Source: an uncultured Gammaproteobacteria bacterium (lineage in GTDB: Bacteria > Pseudomonadota > Gammaproteobacteria > CAWCPV01). Taken from it: DNA of 64,000 nt. Under the pieces are notes generated by a model. It did not search any database. It was not told the origin of the DNA and was given only the letters and a program-made list of their open reading frames with translations. Numbering within the stretch: position 1 is the stretch's first letter; each line of letters opens with the position of its first letter. The DNA is taken from NCBI GenBank assembly GCA_963797555.1, contig CAWCPV010000009.1:96001-160000 (forward strand), given 5' to 3'. Shown one piece after another: positions 1-9,223 of this stretch. The translations under genes and the position numbers were made by a program.

Positions 1-2351
1 TTGTCGGCGCTGCCGAAGAGGTCCCGGATCGTGGCGTGGCGCTCGGTGAGTAATGTCCTGAGTTCATCCGGCAGCTCCGTGAAGCTCAGGGCCTGCGCGG
101 CTGTGACCGCGTCCGGCTGGACATCTCCGGCCGGGGTCGAAACGCCCGCGACCGAGATCTGCGTCGACGCGCTCTGAGTCAGAGCAAGAGTCTGCTGGGT
201 ACCCGAACTCGGGACAAACACCACGTCCACCCAGTAGTTGGAGGTGTTCCAGGTCTGGTTGGGGAAGCTGCTAGTCGAGCCATAAGCGTACACCCCATTG
301 CCACCCGATACGCCGTTCTGAAGCGCATGCAGCGGCGGATTGTCTACCCCGGTGGTCGCGAAGTAGTTCTGGTCATCGGCATAGTGGCCCACGGTGGTAT
401 TGTACGAGGCGACATACACGGTGTTGGCAGTAATCGACAGCGGAGTCGAGAAGTTCGCCTGCTGCCACCCGGAGGTGGTCTCGCCGCTGAAGGTGACCGA
501 GGCCAGCTTGGTGCCGCTACTCGACCACAGGTTGCCGACGTGCGTGCCGGTGTTGCCGCTCCCCTTGTAGAAGCGGATGCCAGTGATCGTGCCTGCAACA
601 TCGGACCGGAACTTGACTCCTAGCTCCACCGCGCTGTCTGGACCGGAATCTGCCGTTCCGGGCAGCGCCGAACCGAAGATCGTGGCCTGCGTAGTCGGTG
701 GAGGCTGCGCGGCTTGCACGGTCAGCCCAGTGCTCCCGGGAACACCGCTCAGCGCCGCCGAGATGGTTGTGCCGCCAGCGCTAACGGCGGCTGCCAACCC
801 ACCTGCGTCGATGGTGGCCACTGCCGGCTTCGACGAGGTCCAAGTCACCTGACTGGTGAGGTTCTGGGTGGAGTTATCCGAGTACGTCCCGGTAGCGGTG
901 AACTGCTGGGTCCCGCCGGTCTGAATCGTCGGATTCGCCGGTGTCACCGCGATGGACTGCAGCGGCGGCGCTGAACCTGAACTGAACACCACGTCCACCC
1001 AGTAGTTGGAGGTGTTCCAGGTCTGGTTGGGGAAGCTGCTAGTCGAGCCATAAGCGTACACTCCATTGCCACCCGATACGCCGTTCTGAAGCGCATGCAG
1101 GGGCGGATTGTCTACCCCGGTGGTCGCGAAGTAGTTCTGGTCATCGGCATAGTGGCCCACGGTGGTATTGTACGAGGCGACATACACGGTGTTGGCAGTA
1201 ATCGACAGCGGAGTCGAGAAGTTCGCCTGCTGCCACCCGGAGGTGGTCTCGCCACTGAAGGTGACCGAGGCCAGCTTGGTGCCGCTACTCGACCACAGGT
1301 TGCCGACGTGCGTGCCGGTGTTGCCGCTCCCCTTGTAGAAGCGGATGCCAGTGATCGTGCCTGCAACATCGGACCTGAACTTGACCCCGAGCTCCACCGC
1401 GCTGTCTGGACCGGAATCTGCCGTTCCGGGCAGCGCCGAACCGAAGATCGTGGCCTGCGTAGTCGGTGGAGGCTGCGCGGCTTGCACGGTCAGCCCAGTG
1501 CTCCCGGGAACACCGCTCAGCGCCGCCGAGATGGTTGTGCTGCCGGCGCCAACGGCGGTCGCCAACCCGCCGCCGGTGATGGTAGCCACCGTCGTCTTGT
1601 TCGAGTTCCATGTCACCTGGCTGGTGAGGTTCTGCGCGGAGCCGTCAGAGTAGGTCCCGGTGGCGGTGAACTGCACCGTCCCCCCGGGCAGAATCGTGGG
1701 ATTCGCCGGTATCACCGCGATCGACTGCAGCGTCGGCGCTGGAGGCGCGGCTTGCACGGTCAGCCCAGTGCTCCCGGGAACACCGCTCAGCGCCGCCGAG
1801 ATGGTTGTGCCGCCAGCGCTAACGGCGGCTGCCAACCCACCTGCGCCGATGGTGGCCACTGCCGGCTTCGACGAGGTCCAAGTCACCTGACTGGTGAGGT
1901 TCTGGGTGGAGTTATCCGAGTACGTCCCGGTAGCGGTGAACTGCTGCGTCCCGCCGGTCTGAATCGTCGGATTCGCCGGTGTCACCGCGATGGACTGCAG
2001 CGGCGATGTCGAAACCGGGGTGGTGGTGCATACCTGATTAGAAAAAGCGCTCTCGCTGCCAGACCGATCGTAGGCTGTCGCTACAAAGCAATAGGTCGTT
2101 CCGTTCGCGAGACCGGGGACCGTGGCAGGGTTATTTGTCCCTACATCTTGAGTGGAGCCGTACTGTCCACTTGCGGTGCCGTAATGAATATTATAGCCGG
2201 CCACGAATCCCGATGTATTAGGATCATTCCAGGCTAGAGTTACTTGTGCGGCATCGCTATTGGCTGTATAGAGAAGTACGGATAAACCCAAGGTCGAGAT
2301 CAGACCTAAGATGGCACGGAACGAGGCGAAAATCGGATGAGCGCTGTACAT
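1..2351 (-). CDS. Secreted repetitive surface/adhesin-like protein: signal peptide, Fn3, Big_2, Big_2, DUF4082, Big_2, DUF4082; runs off the left edge of the window
   Basis: Manual translation (not in the ORF track, no stop in the window): MYSAHPIFASFRAILGLISTLGLSVLLYTANSDA-AQVTLAWNDP...GYNIHYGTASGQY (Fn3); LQSIAVTPANPTI...QFTATGTYSDNSTQNLTSQVTW (Big_2) x3; VELGVKFRSDVAGTITGIRFYK...SNYWVDVVF (DUF4082) x2. GGAG upstream of the ATG at 2351. Confidence 0.88.
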   Translation of the reverse strand, partial: MYSAHPIFASFRAILGLISTLGLSVLLYTANSDAAQVTLAWNDPNTSGFVAGYNIHYGTASGQYGSTQDVGTNNPATVPGLANGTTYCFVATAYDRSGSESAFSNQVCTTTPVSTSPLQSIAVTPANPTIQTGGTQQFTATGTYSDNSTQNLTSQVTWTSSKPAVATIGAGGLAAAVSAGGTTISAALSGVPGSTGLTVQAAPPAPTLQSIAVIPANPTILPGGTVQFTATGTYSDGSAQNLTSQVTWNSNKTTVATITGGGLATAVGAGSTTISAALSGVPGSTGLTVQAAQPPPTTQATIFGSALPGTADSGPDSAVELGVKFRSDVAGTITGIRFYKGSGNTGTHVGNLWSSSGTKLASVTFSGETTSGWQQANFSTPLSITANTVYVASYNTTVGHYADDQNYFATTGVDNPPLHALQNGVSGGNGVYAYGSTSSFPNQTWNTSNYWVDVVFSSGSAPPLQSIAVTPANPTIQTGGTQQFTATGTYSDNSTQNLTSQVTWTSSKPAVATIDAGGLAAAVSAGGTTISAALSGVPGSTGLTVQAAQPPPTTQATIFGSALPGTADSGPDSAVELGVKFRSDVAGTITGIRFYKGSGNTGTHVGNLWSSSGTKLASVTFSGETTSGWQQANFSTPLSITANTVYVASYNTTVGHYADDQNYFATTGVDNPPLHALQNGVSGGNGVYAYGSTSSFPNQTWNTSNYWVDVVFVPSSGTQQTLALTQSASTQISVAGVSTPAGDVQPDAVTAAQALSFTELPDELRTLLTERHATIRDLFGSAD
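213..2003. repeat. Intragenic near-identical domain repeats
   Basis: ~213-777 recurs at offset 768 (~981-1545); ~709-965 recurs at offset 1038 (~1747-2003). Confidence 0.9.
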
Positions 2352-2422
2352 TATGGCAACTCCCATGCAATAGGCTTGGGGAGCCCCATAGTCGGGGTAC
2401 TGCAATAGCGCCATCCGTCGAC

Positions 2423-2514
2423 ACTCTGGCAATCCCGCTATCATGGGGCCTGAAGCCCGTTAGACCGGTGACTTTGCGCCCCTACCTTTCGGTAGGTTTG
2501 CCCTTTACAGAAGT
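2423..2514 (-). promoter_or_regulatory. Cyclic di-GMP-I (GEMM-I) riboswitch
   Basis: Minus strand reads AAGGGCAAACCTACC-GAAA-GGTAGGGGCGCAAAGTCACCGGTCTAACGGGCTTCAGGCCCCATGATAGCGGGATTGCCAG, matching the GEMM consensus (GGCAAACC..GAAA..GG.CGCAAAG..CCGG.CTAA..TAGCGGG.TT.CC). Lies in the 5' leader of the surface-protein gene. Confidence 0.92.
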
Positions 2515-2979
2515 CCTCGCAACAGTTTCAAACAAGCCTCGTGCCCGCATTAGTCGCAGCGCTGCGTATACGCTAGAGATGAACGGAATGACGTTCCCGT
2601 GGGGACATCCGAACGGCGCGCTGTGACGTTTTGAGGCAGAAACTGACCGTTTCTGCCATCAGCATGGGACGAGGCCACGGACGCGTGAAGAACTGTCTCT
2701 CGTTGTGCACTGCCCACATCCGTTCCTCGGAACGATACCATGCCGAGAAGTATAGCGGCTGTTCCTTAAGTCAGCCTTAAGGGTCGGTTGTCCTGTCTCT
2801 TCCAAGGATCGGATCCATTCGGGCTGTCCTCGTAAGGAGGGGACTGACGCCGTGGGCTTGGCATGGCGAACAGGGCCGAACCGAGTGACCCACCAGGGTA
2901 ACGCGATACGGATCAGTCGAAGGACCTAGGCTTTTTCCAAGCCCATTTGGGAAAGGGGATTCTCCTTCGCAGAACAGGC

Positions 2980-3055
2980 GGAAACCCGATCCCGCTGGGT
3001 TGAAATACCCAGCGGTCTGAGCCTGCCGTTGGTTTTGGGGATGTACAGTAGACTC
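2980..3055 (-). pseudogene. Group II intron reverse transcriptase relic (short fragment)
   Basis: Translates as LYIPKTNGRLRPLGISTQRDRV, matching the intron RT motif YIPKxNGKxRPLGIPTxxDR. Confidence 0.6.
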
Positions 3056-3232
3056 CTCTCGTCTATATGATCGTCCAGGATAAGACACTCGGGACGAATC
3101 TGCTGCGCGTTCCGATAGCGGGATTGCGCTCCGTGCGCGTTGCTCTCGGGCCGCCGCTCGCGAAGATTTCTCCACACGCCCTGAGATCCATGTGATCGTG
3201 CGCCGTACCATTAACTGAGCAGGTAACCGGCC

Positions 3233-3643
3233 GTGCCCCAGTGGATGATCCCCGCCCTCGTCGCGTTCACCTGTTGGGGGGTCTGGGCGTTCCTGCCCAA
3301 GATTACCACGCGGTACCTGAACCCCAGCAGCGCGGTCATTTACGAGGCGCTGGGCGGCGCCTTGGTGGCGCTGGCTGTTCTGGCCTTCATCGGCTTTCGC
3401 CCGGAGATGCACGCGCGCGGGGTATCGCTCGCCTTGTTGACGGGCGTCCTCGGGCTACTCGGAGCGCTCGCATACCTGTTCGCCGTGCTCAAAGGACCGG
3501 TCATGCTGATCTCCACGATCACGGCACTGTATCCCATGCTGGCCGTCGCGCTGGCCTATGTCCTGCTGCATGAACCGGTGACCTGGAAGCAGGGGGCCGG
3601 AATCGTCCTCGCTCTCATCGCCATCCTCCTCATGACGACTTGA
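3233..3643 (+). CDS. EamA/DMT family small membrane transporter
   Basis: 136 aa, about five hydrophobic helices, WGVWAFLPK and ISTITALYP...LLHEPVTWKQGAG motifs. Confidence 0.85.
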   Translation: MPQWMIPALVAFTCWGVWAFLPKITTRYLNPSSAVIYEALGGALVALAVLAFIGFRPEMHARGVSLALLTGVLGLLGALAYLFAVLKGPVMLISTITALYPMLAVALAYVLLHEPVTWKQGAGIVLALIAILLMTT

Positions 3644-4030
3644 AGCGGTTCCAGCCTTCGACCCAAGACCGGACTCGGCGCTGCGGGGGCGTCAGTGCGA
3701 AGGCTTACCGCGCCCGCGGCACGTCCTTTAGCGGTGCGCCCCTTCCTCGGGCCCTATTATGGGCGTCGGGTCGTCGCGCTTCCGACGCTAGACGTCGTGG
3801 CCGGACCAGTTGAAGTCCTGCTGGAGGTCCCAGTATTGCGCCGAAGTCAGCATACGGCACTGACGAGCTGGCTCACACCTGATCTTCGCGTCGTTCGGGA
3901 ATCGGGGGGATGTCGGTCGGCCTCGGAGAAATCCCTGCTTCCCGCCGTCCTCGATCCTATCCTCCACGGCACGCACCGGGTTTAAGGGCTGACACCGCAG
4001 CGCCCCGTCGCTTCCGATGGAGGGTTCTCA

Positions 4031-4139
4031 GGGGTTGTGAAGAAATGCGGTTCGCGGTTAAAGATGCGGGCGCAAGCCATGGCGTTTACCGGTGCAATTC
4101 CATCTCCTTGGGCTGCTGAAGCGAAAAGTTCGCAACCTC
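4031..4139. mobile_element. Miniature IS5-like element (MITE)
   Basis: Ends GGGGTTGTGAA...TTCGCAACCTC (imperfect inverted repeat), flanked on both sides by TCA; ends resemble those of the larger MITE family in this window. Confidence 0.5.
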
Positions 4140-4286
4140 TCAGTTCGGGACCCCAGGGCTTGATCACCTGGGCGAAGTTCCGCGGGCATGCTCTAGGCCA
4201 TCGTGCTGGCCTAGGCGCTATGGCTGCTACCGCGCAAAGGGCTTATCTTCGCAACGGTCTGAGATTAGTGCAGCGCAGACGCCGCC

Positions 4287-6167
4287 TTACAGCCCTTCCC
4301 ACAGGCCGGCGAAGCGCTCCGCAGGGCTTGGAGGCGCCTCCGCTCCCTGTTTTACGGGCTCGCGCTCCGCAAGGAGGGATAGCTGCAGTTGCGAAAAAGC
4401 GGCCGTCCTTTCGGACACGGTGCTCAAGCTGAAGCGCCTCACGCCCTCCCATCCGTCCACGGTTAGTTCATCACCCGGTCGCCAGGTCAGCGCGCTCGGG
4501 GTCAGCACAACCATGTGCCGATCCAGATGCTGTTTAGGCAGCGCAAGTCCGAAGATCCTGGCGGGATTGCCGGGCGCCGTGCCGGTACGTTTGACCATGA
4601 CCGGCACAGGGTTCGGTGTGAGCCACTGTACACCCGTCTCCAGGGGATCGATTTTGTCCTGCTTCATCCAGCGTACGACCCCGAGCATGGATGCCTGCTT
4701 GGCGGTCGAGGCCGTGACTCTTATCAGGAGCAACGCGCCTACTTTCACGCCACTGATGTCTCCTTCCGCCCAGCGCACCCGGCAACCTCCCACGCCATAG
4801 TCGAGCGCGATGCAGCCGTGCGTAATGGGGACAGGGACGGCCAACGGTCCTCGTGCGGCCTCGAATCCGGTCCTCAGCACCGCCGGGGCGCGCGGTGATC
4901 CCAAGGGTAACCACGGATCTGGTGGCCCAGCCCCTTCGGATAGTGCCCCCCGCATTTGATCGGTTTGTACAGTGAGGGAGGCGTGAATTGCGTGCAGGCC
5001 GGTAATGACCTCGACCGTCAACGGTCGCTCGGCGCGTTGCACCTGTCTCCCAAGTCGGGTGTCCCAGCTCTGGGTGAGGTAGGCGAGCGTGGTATCGGAG
5101 GATGCGGATCCCGAGCTCAGTTTCGCGGCGCCGATGAGATCACCCAAGTCCTGGGCCGGCGTCCCGCCACGCTGCCTTCTGAGTACCGGCAGTAAGCGCG
5201 ACGTGTCCAGGATTCGATGAGAGTCCCCTGCCATCGCCCGCATTGACGCACGCGCAGGCGGTTCGTCCTTGTGGAGGTCAACCACGAAGCAGTCCGGGTC
5301 AAGCGATCCGCTCGCGAGGCGCAGGTCCGCCAGGGGTGCCCATTGCTCCACGGCGACGTACACCCTGTCCATCTCATCCTGCGGAAAACGGTAGGGGTCC
5401 GTCAAGGCGAGCAATGCGATTTGCTTGTATGCATCACTAATGCTGCCCCGCTTTGCCAGCCGGTAGCTGTCGTCCTCGATGGGCCGCTGATGGATGTCCA
5501 GCCGCTCTGCAAACTCGTACAGTTGGTGCAGTTCCGACCAGAGCCCGCCTGGGCACGGCGAATAAGTGCGGCAGTTGACCAAGAGGACACGGTTGAGCCA
5601 GCGAATGCTACGGTGGATCGCGAGTGCGGTGGTGCCGCGGTGTGCTCTGGACTTACCGACGGTCAGGTCTCGTACGACAGTCTTGTACCCGATGGCCATC
5701 TCGGCACACAAGCTTTCAGCGAGCGCCGCCACTTCACGGCTCGTTTCGGGAAGCGAGAACGTCATGCCGATATAGTGTCGCCGAAGTGACCGCCCGACAT
5801 ACTGGCTGGCCGCCCGGATCTGCTCCAGGAAACGGAGCCGCTGATCCGGGCGGATGTCCATGCGATTGCTCCGCACCACGCTCTGGAACACCAGTTGTGC
5901 AGTGTGACCTACGTGTGCCCACGGCAGGTCCGCGAGCCACTGCCTGAGAATCTTGGGGCGTATATCGACGATTTCGGGTGAATACGGCCTCTGCTCCGGG
6001 AGTGAAAGGTCCAACCGAAAACCGTTGAGCTGGGCCGGTTTCCCGAGGAGCCTGGTCAGAGTGGCGGTGAGAAACAGCGAACGGAGTGAGCTAGACTCGT
6101 GCCCCACAACCGGCACCGGTTGATTCGGTCGGTTCTCTTTATCGGGCCAAGATGGGCGGTAGTGCAT
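4287..6167 (-). CDS. FimW-like c-di-GMP receptor with degenerate C-terminal PilZ-like region (true start may be downstream)
   Basis: LRQWLADLPWAHVGHTAQLVFQ...RLRFLEQIR...AEMAIGYKTVV resembles the N-terminus of Pseudomonas FimW (PA4958); RQVQR, DYGVGG and GVVRWMKQ in the C-terminal half. Confidence 0.7.
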   Translation of the reverse strand: MHYRPSWPDKENRPNQPVPVVGHESSSLRSLFLTATLTRLLGKPAQLNGFRLDLSLPEQRPYSPEIVDIRPKILRQWLADLPWAHVGHTAQLVFQSVVRSNRMDIRPDQRLRFLEQIRAASQYVGRSLRRHYIGMTFSLPETSREVAALAESLCAEMAIGYKTVVRDLTVGKSRAHRGTTALAIHRSIRWLNRVLLVNCRTYSPCPGGLWSELHQLYEFAERLDIHQRPIEDDSYRLAKRGSISDAYKQIALLALTDPYRFPQDEMDRVYVAVEQWAPLADLRLASGSLDPDCFVVDLHKDEPPARASMRAMAGDSHRILDTSRLLPVLRRQRGGTPAQDLGDLIGAAKLSSGSASSDTTLAYLTQSWDTRLGRQVQRAERPLTVEVITGLHAIHASLTVQTDQMRGALSEGAGPPDPWLPLGSPRAPAVLRTGFEAARGPLAVPVPITHGCIALDYGVGGCRVRWAEGDISGVKVGALLLIRVTASTAKQASMLGVVRWMKQDKIDPLETGVQWLTPNPVPVMVKRTGTAPGNPARIFGLALPKQHLDRHMVVLTPSALTWRPGDELTVDGWEGVRRFSLSTVSERTAAFSQLQLSLLAEREPVKQGAEAPPSPAERFAGLWEGL

Positions 6168-6629
6168 GCTCGCGAGGATCGCTATTTTCTGCAGTTTCGA
6201 ATTGTATCCTGACCGACATCCTAACTCAATGACGCGAGCCCACGGCTCACGGTCCCGTCCAAGTTTGTCGACTGACAGGTGTTGAATGGTGGGGTTGGGT
6301 GAGGATGAGCGGCTGAGGCGGGGGCAGGCGACGGAGAACGTTTAGTCGCGACGGGGTTGAGGCGATCTTTTCGGTACGCAAAGAGAGACCACAGATGTAG
6401 GAGCCGCCCTGGCGCTTCCTTCGCTGACATGCCTGCGTGCGAGGCCGCCAGGGTCAATGGGTGTGGGCGCGCTGTGCAAGCTCTCGAGTACGCGACCAGG
6501 CTGCCTCTTCGCGGAGAAGGCGGCGAACACCTTTCCAGCGCTCCACCGCCCCGTGAAGGTCGCACCTTGTACGTCTTGCGACCCACAGCTCTTTGTCCCG
6601 CTGTACAGGGGTGCAGATTGTAGCGCGCC

Positions 6630-6968
6630 TCAAGCCATCCCAGTCAACGAGCACTGCACCAGATCGTGCCACCGTGAGAGTTGAGTGGTCGAGAGGCCGA
6701 CAGTGACGCGCTGCGCCAGCCCCGGCGATGGTTTATCCGATAGTACGAGGGGATTGGCCTCCACTGGCAAGTGGCCTGAGGTCTCGCGCGTCAATTTCGG
6801 GAGGCAGGTGCATGGCAGCGGGGAACGACCGCTTCTCGCAACTGGCCCGGCGGGGCCGCCCGCGACCGATTTGTCGGGGGCGGCTATCACAATCGCGGTG
6901 ATAAGGGCTGCGAGCACCAGCGTGCTTGCCAGCAAAGCGAGCCCAAGGCGTTGGCGGCGCTTTTCCAT
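6630..6968 (-). CDS. Hypothetical protein with N-terminal TM/signal segment
   Basis: 112 aa ORF beginning MEKRRQRLGLALLASTLVLAALITAIVIA; follows the small ORF at 6981-7094. Confidence 0.4.
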   Translation of the reverse strand: MEKRRQRLGLALLASTLVLAALITAIVIAAPDKSVAGGPAGPVARSGRSPLPCTCLPKLTRETSGHLPVEANPLVLSDKPSPGLAQRVTVGLSTTQLSRWHDLVQCSLTGMA

Positions 6969-6980
6969 GACCGCTCGCCG

Positions 6981-7094
6981 TCATTCACTGGTGCCGCAGA
7001 GAGGGCACTTCCTGTAGCTGCAGCAGGCGACGACCAATGCCACCGAGACTGCCACCATAATTCCTGAGATAGTGAAGTCGTCGAATGCGAACAT
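6981..7094 (-). CDS. Small membrane peptide (37 aa) with CxxC tail
   Basis: AGGAGG RBS then MFAFDDFTISGIMVAVSVALVVACCSYRKCPLCGTSE*; below the ORF-track cutoff. Confidence 0.5.
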   Translation of the reverse strand: MFAFDDFTISGIMVAVSVALVVACCSYRKCPLCGTSE

Positions 7095-7819
7095 CGCTAA
7101 CCTCCTGAGTTGGGGTCGGAACAACACTGTCTTCGGCCACTGAAACCGACGAGCGCGGAAGCGCTCCTGCCGGAGCTTACAGATCTGCGGTTACATAGTG
7201 ATTGCAGGATGAGGCGATTGATGTTGCCGCAACGAAGATCACGCCCTCGCTGGGGTACGACAGACCAGCGACGTCCTCCGGCAGACGCCGATGAGCTTGC
7301 TGGTGCCCCATCTCAATGGGTGGGCGCCGAAGACCATTCCGGGCTACCGGGAACCGCCGACCGAGTCCCAAGGGCAGGAGGGGCGCACCGCCGCCACGGT
7401 CCCTATGACGGCGCTTGTGGCGGCGCCGGGCTGGCTATCGAACATGTTGTTGTCCTTGAGTCCGTTCGAAGCGGCCGATGATAGCCGTTAGGCAGTACCG
7501 AAGGACCGTTGGTTCCCTTTTCGGAGCAGCACCGAGCGTCTGCGCGCTGACAGGCCTGGCGAACGGGCGAATGCGTGCGTGATCGGCGGAACCGTGGTTC
7601 CAGACCAGATCGGCGCGCGAGCTGGATCTTCCCGCTCCGCGACCGGCCTGACCGACAGAACCGACCGAATCGGAGCGCATTGGGCACCAGTGGCGCGCTT
7701 GGACGAAGTTGGGCTTGAGCCGGGCTCTACCCCCACGAGGACCCGGCTCCCGCGGACCGGTACGCTACGTAGCAGGCGGACCGCGAAATGCGCTTCACGC
7801 GGACCGGCCGGCGGCGGCG

Positions 7820-8308
7820 CTAGCGCAGCAGCGCCGCAATCAGCTTGTCTTCTAGCGCGATCCGAACCGCAATTTCTTCACCTAACCGCGACAGGTCGCT
7901 GTCCAGGGACTCCGAAGCCCGGAACGGCTTCCCGTCGTGCATGTCGTTGTAGTCTACGGCGTTCTGCGTAGTGTCGGCGATACGCGGGTAGACTCGCTTG
8001 GCCACCTTGGCGACCTCGCGACGCCGCTCGTTGCCCTCGGTAATGCGTTCATAGAGACCGAAGTGTCCGGCCGCCATGTAGTCTATAAGCACCTCGCAGA
8101 ACTGCTCGTGCAGTTCATCCGTACGGGGGCCGCTGTCGTACGGTGCAAGACCCGCCACGCGGCAGTAAAGCACGAGCATTTCGTTGCGCTCGGCGAGCAA
8201 CTTAGCGATGACTGCCCGCGTCCGTGCGCGGCGGTCGCCGGCGGGCGGTCTGCTGTCGGACACTGGGGTACCGCTCTTGGTCATGACGGCAATTTTTCCT
8301 TCGCGCAT
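7820..8308 (-). CDS. rsd: Rsd/AlgQ family anti-sigma70 factor
   Basis: LLAERNEMLVLYC...FCEVLIDYMAAGHFGLYERI...LSRLGEEIAVRIALEDKLI family signature. Confidence 0.88.
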   Translation of the reverse strand: MREGKIAVMTKSGTPVSDSRPPAGDRRARTRAVIAKLLAERNEMLVLYCRVAGLAPYDSGPRTDELHEQFCEVLIDYMAAGHFGLYERITEGNERRREVAKVAKRVYPRIADTTQNAVDYNDMHDGKPFRASESLDSDLSRLGEEIAVRIALEDKLIAALLR

Positions 8309-8379
8309 TCAAGCATAACGCAGACCGGCCTTCGCTTCGAGCAGCCGCGAGTCCCCGTGTTTGCCTTCCAGTGGTCTGA

Positions 8380-8585
8380 AAGCTTGGGAATCAATCTGCT
8401 GCCTGTCCCGATAGTGGCGCGGTGGTGATGGCGTACCTTACTTGTATGCCACCTCTTTGGGGGCGTCCTGCGGACGCGCCGAAAGGCTGTCCTGCCATGC
8501 GGTCACTCCTCGCCTATCGACTGGAGAGGGTTCGTCGCTGCGCTCCGTGCGCTATGCTCGCGGTAATTTCTTCAACAACGCTGAC
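8380..8585 (+). repeat. MITE copy with internal ~85-bp palindromic insert
   Basis: Shares ATCTGCTGC..TCCCGATAG..CTCCTCGCCTATC..GTCGCTGCGCTCCGTG..ATTTCTTCA with 51926-52474. Confidence 0.65.
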
Positions 8586-9223
8586 TGAAATTGTCTCAAT
8601 TGATAGCTCGAGATGTCCGGGAACTCCTGCGACATGTTGGCGACTAATCGTACGCTCGGGGCGAACTGAGCGCAGAGTGCGTCGCCGCACGCGGCGCCCG
8701 ACCCGAGCGACGCCGATGCCAGTAACCTACCCACTTCCTCTATGCTCTCTCGTGAACTGCGCCGAACGCCGATCCCTCGGAGTACTGCTAGACCTGCGGC
8801 TCACTGTGGGGCAATGCCACCGCCGGTCGCCTCCGCGCTGGGGGCTACCACCGTGCGTCTCCATCGGGTTCCCGTCGCGCCGCCGAACTCAATGGAGGGC
8901 GAGCTGAGAGCCCCGCGAGGCGTCGCGACGGGAAGAGTGGCGATGCATTCCCAATGACCGCGGGTACCGTTGCCATTAACGCCTTCCCGCCACTGGCCGG
9001 TGTCCAGCACACGCGAGCTATAGAGCGTACATCGGCGGTATCAATCCCGCGACGGTCGAATCACTGTCGATACGGGCCGAGCGCTGCCGTCCGACGCACG
9101 TCCCGCCCTCGGTCGTCCAGCCATGTGTCCCCCCCGGCGGCACGGGCTTGGTCGGACGCTTCCCGAGCCTGTGAAACATCGTTAAGCATCTCAATGTATA
9201 CGGACTCTTGAATGGAGGTTGAC

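Noticed and set aside
327-2237. Plus-strand repeated ORFs
   Set aside because: Antisense shadows of the minus-strand surface-protein gene.
7110-7800. Several overlapping 60-130 aa ORFs
   Set aside because: No RBS, motif or codon-bias support; typical spurious ORFs of GC-rich DNA.
8615-8650. Possible sigmaE promoter (GGAACT-N16-GACTAA) for the degQ-like gene
   Set aside because: Weak match and about 570 bp from the start codon.
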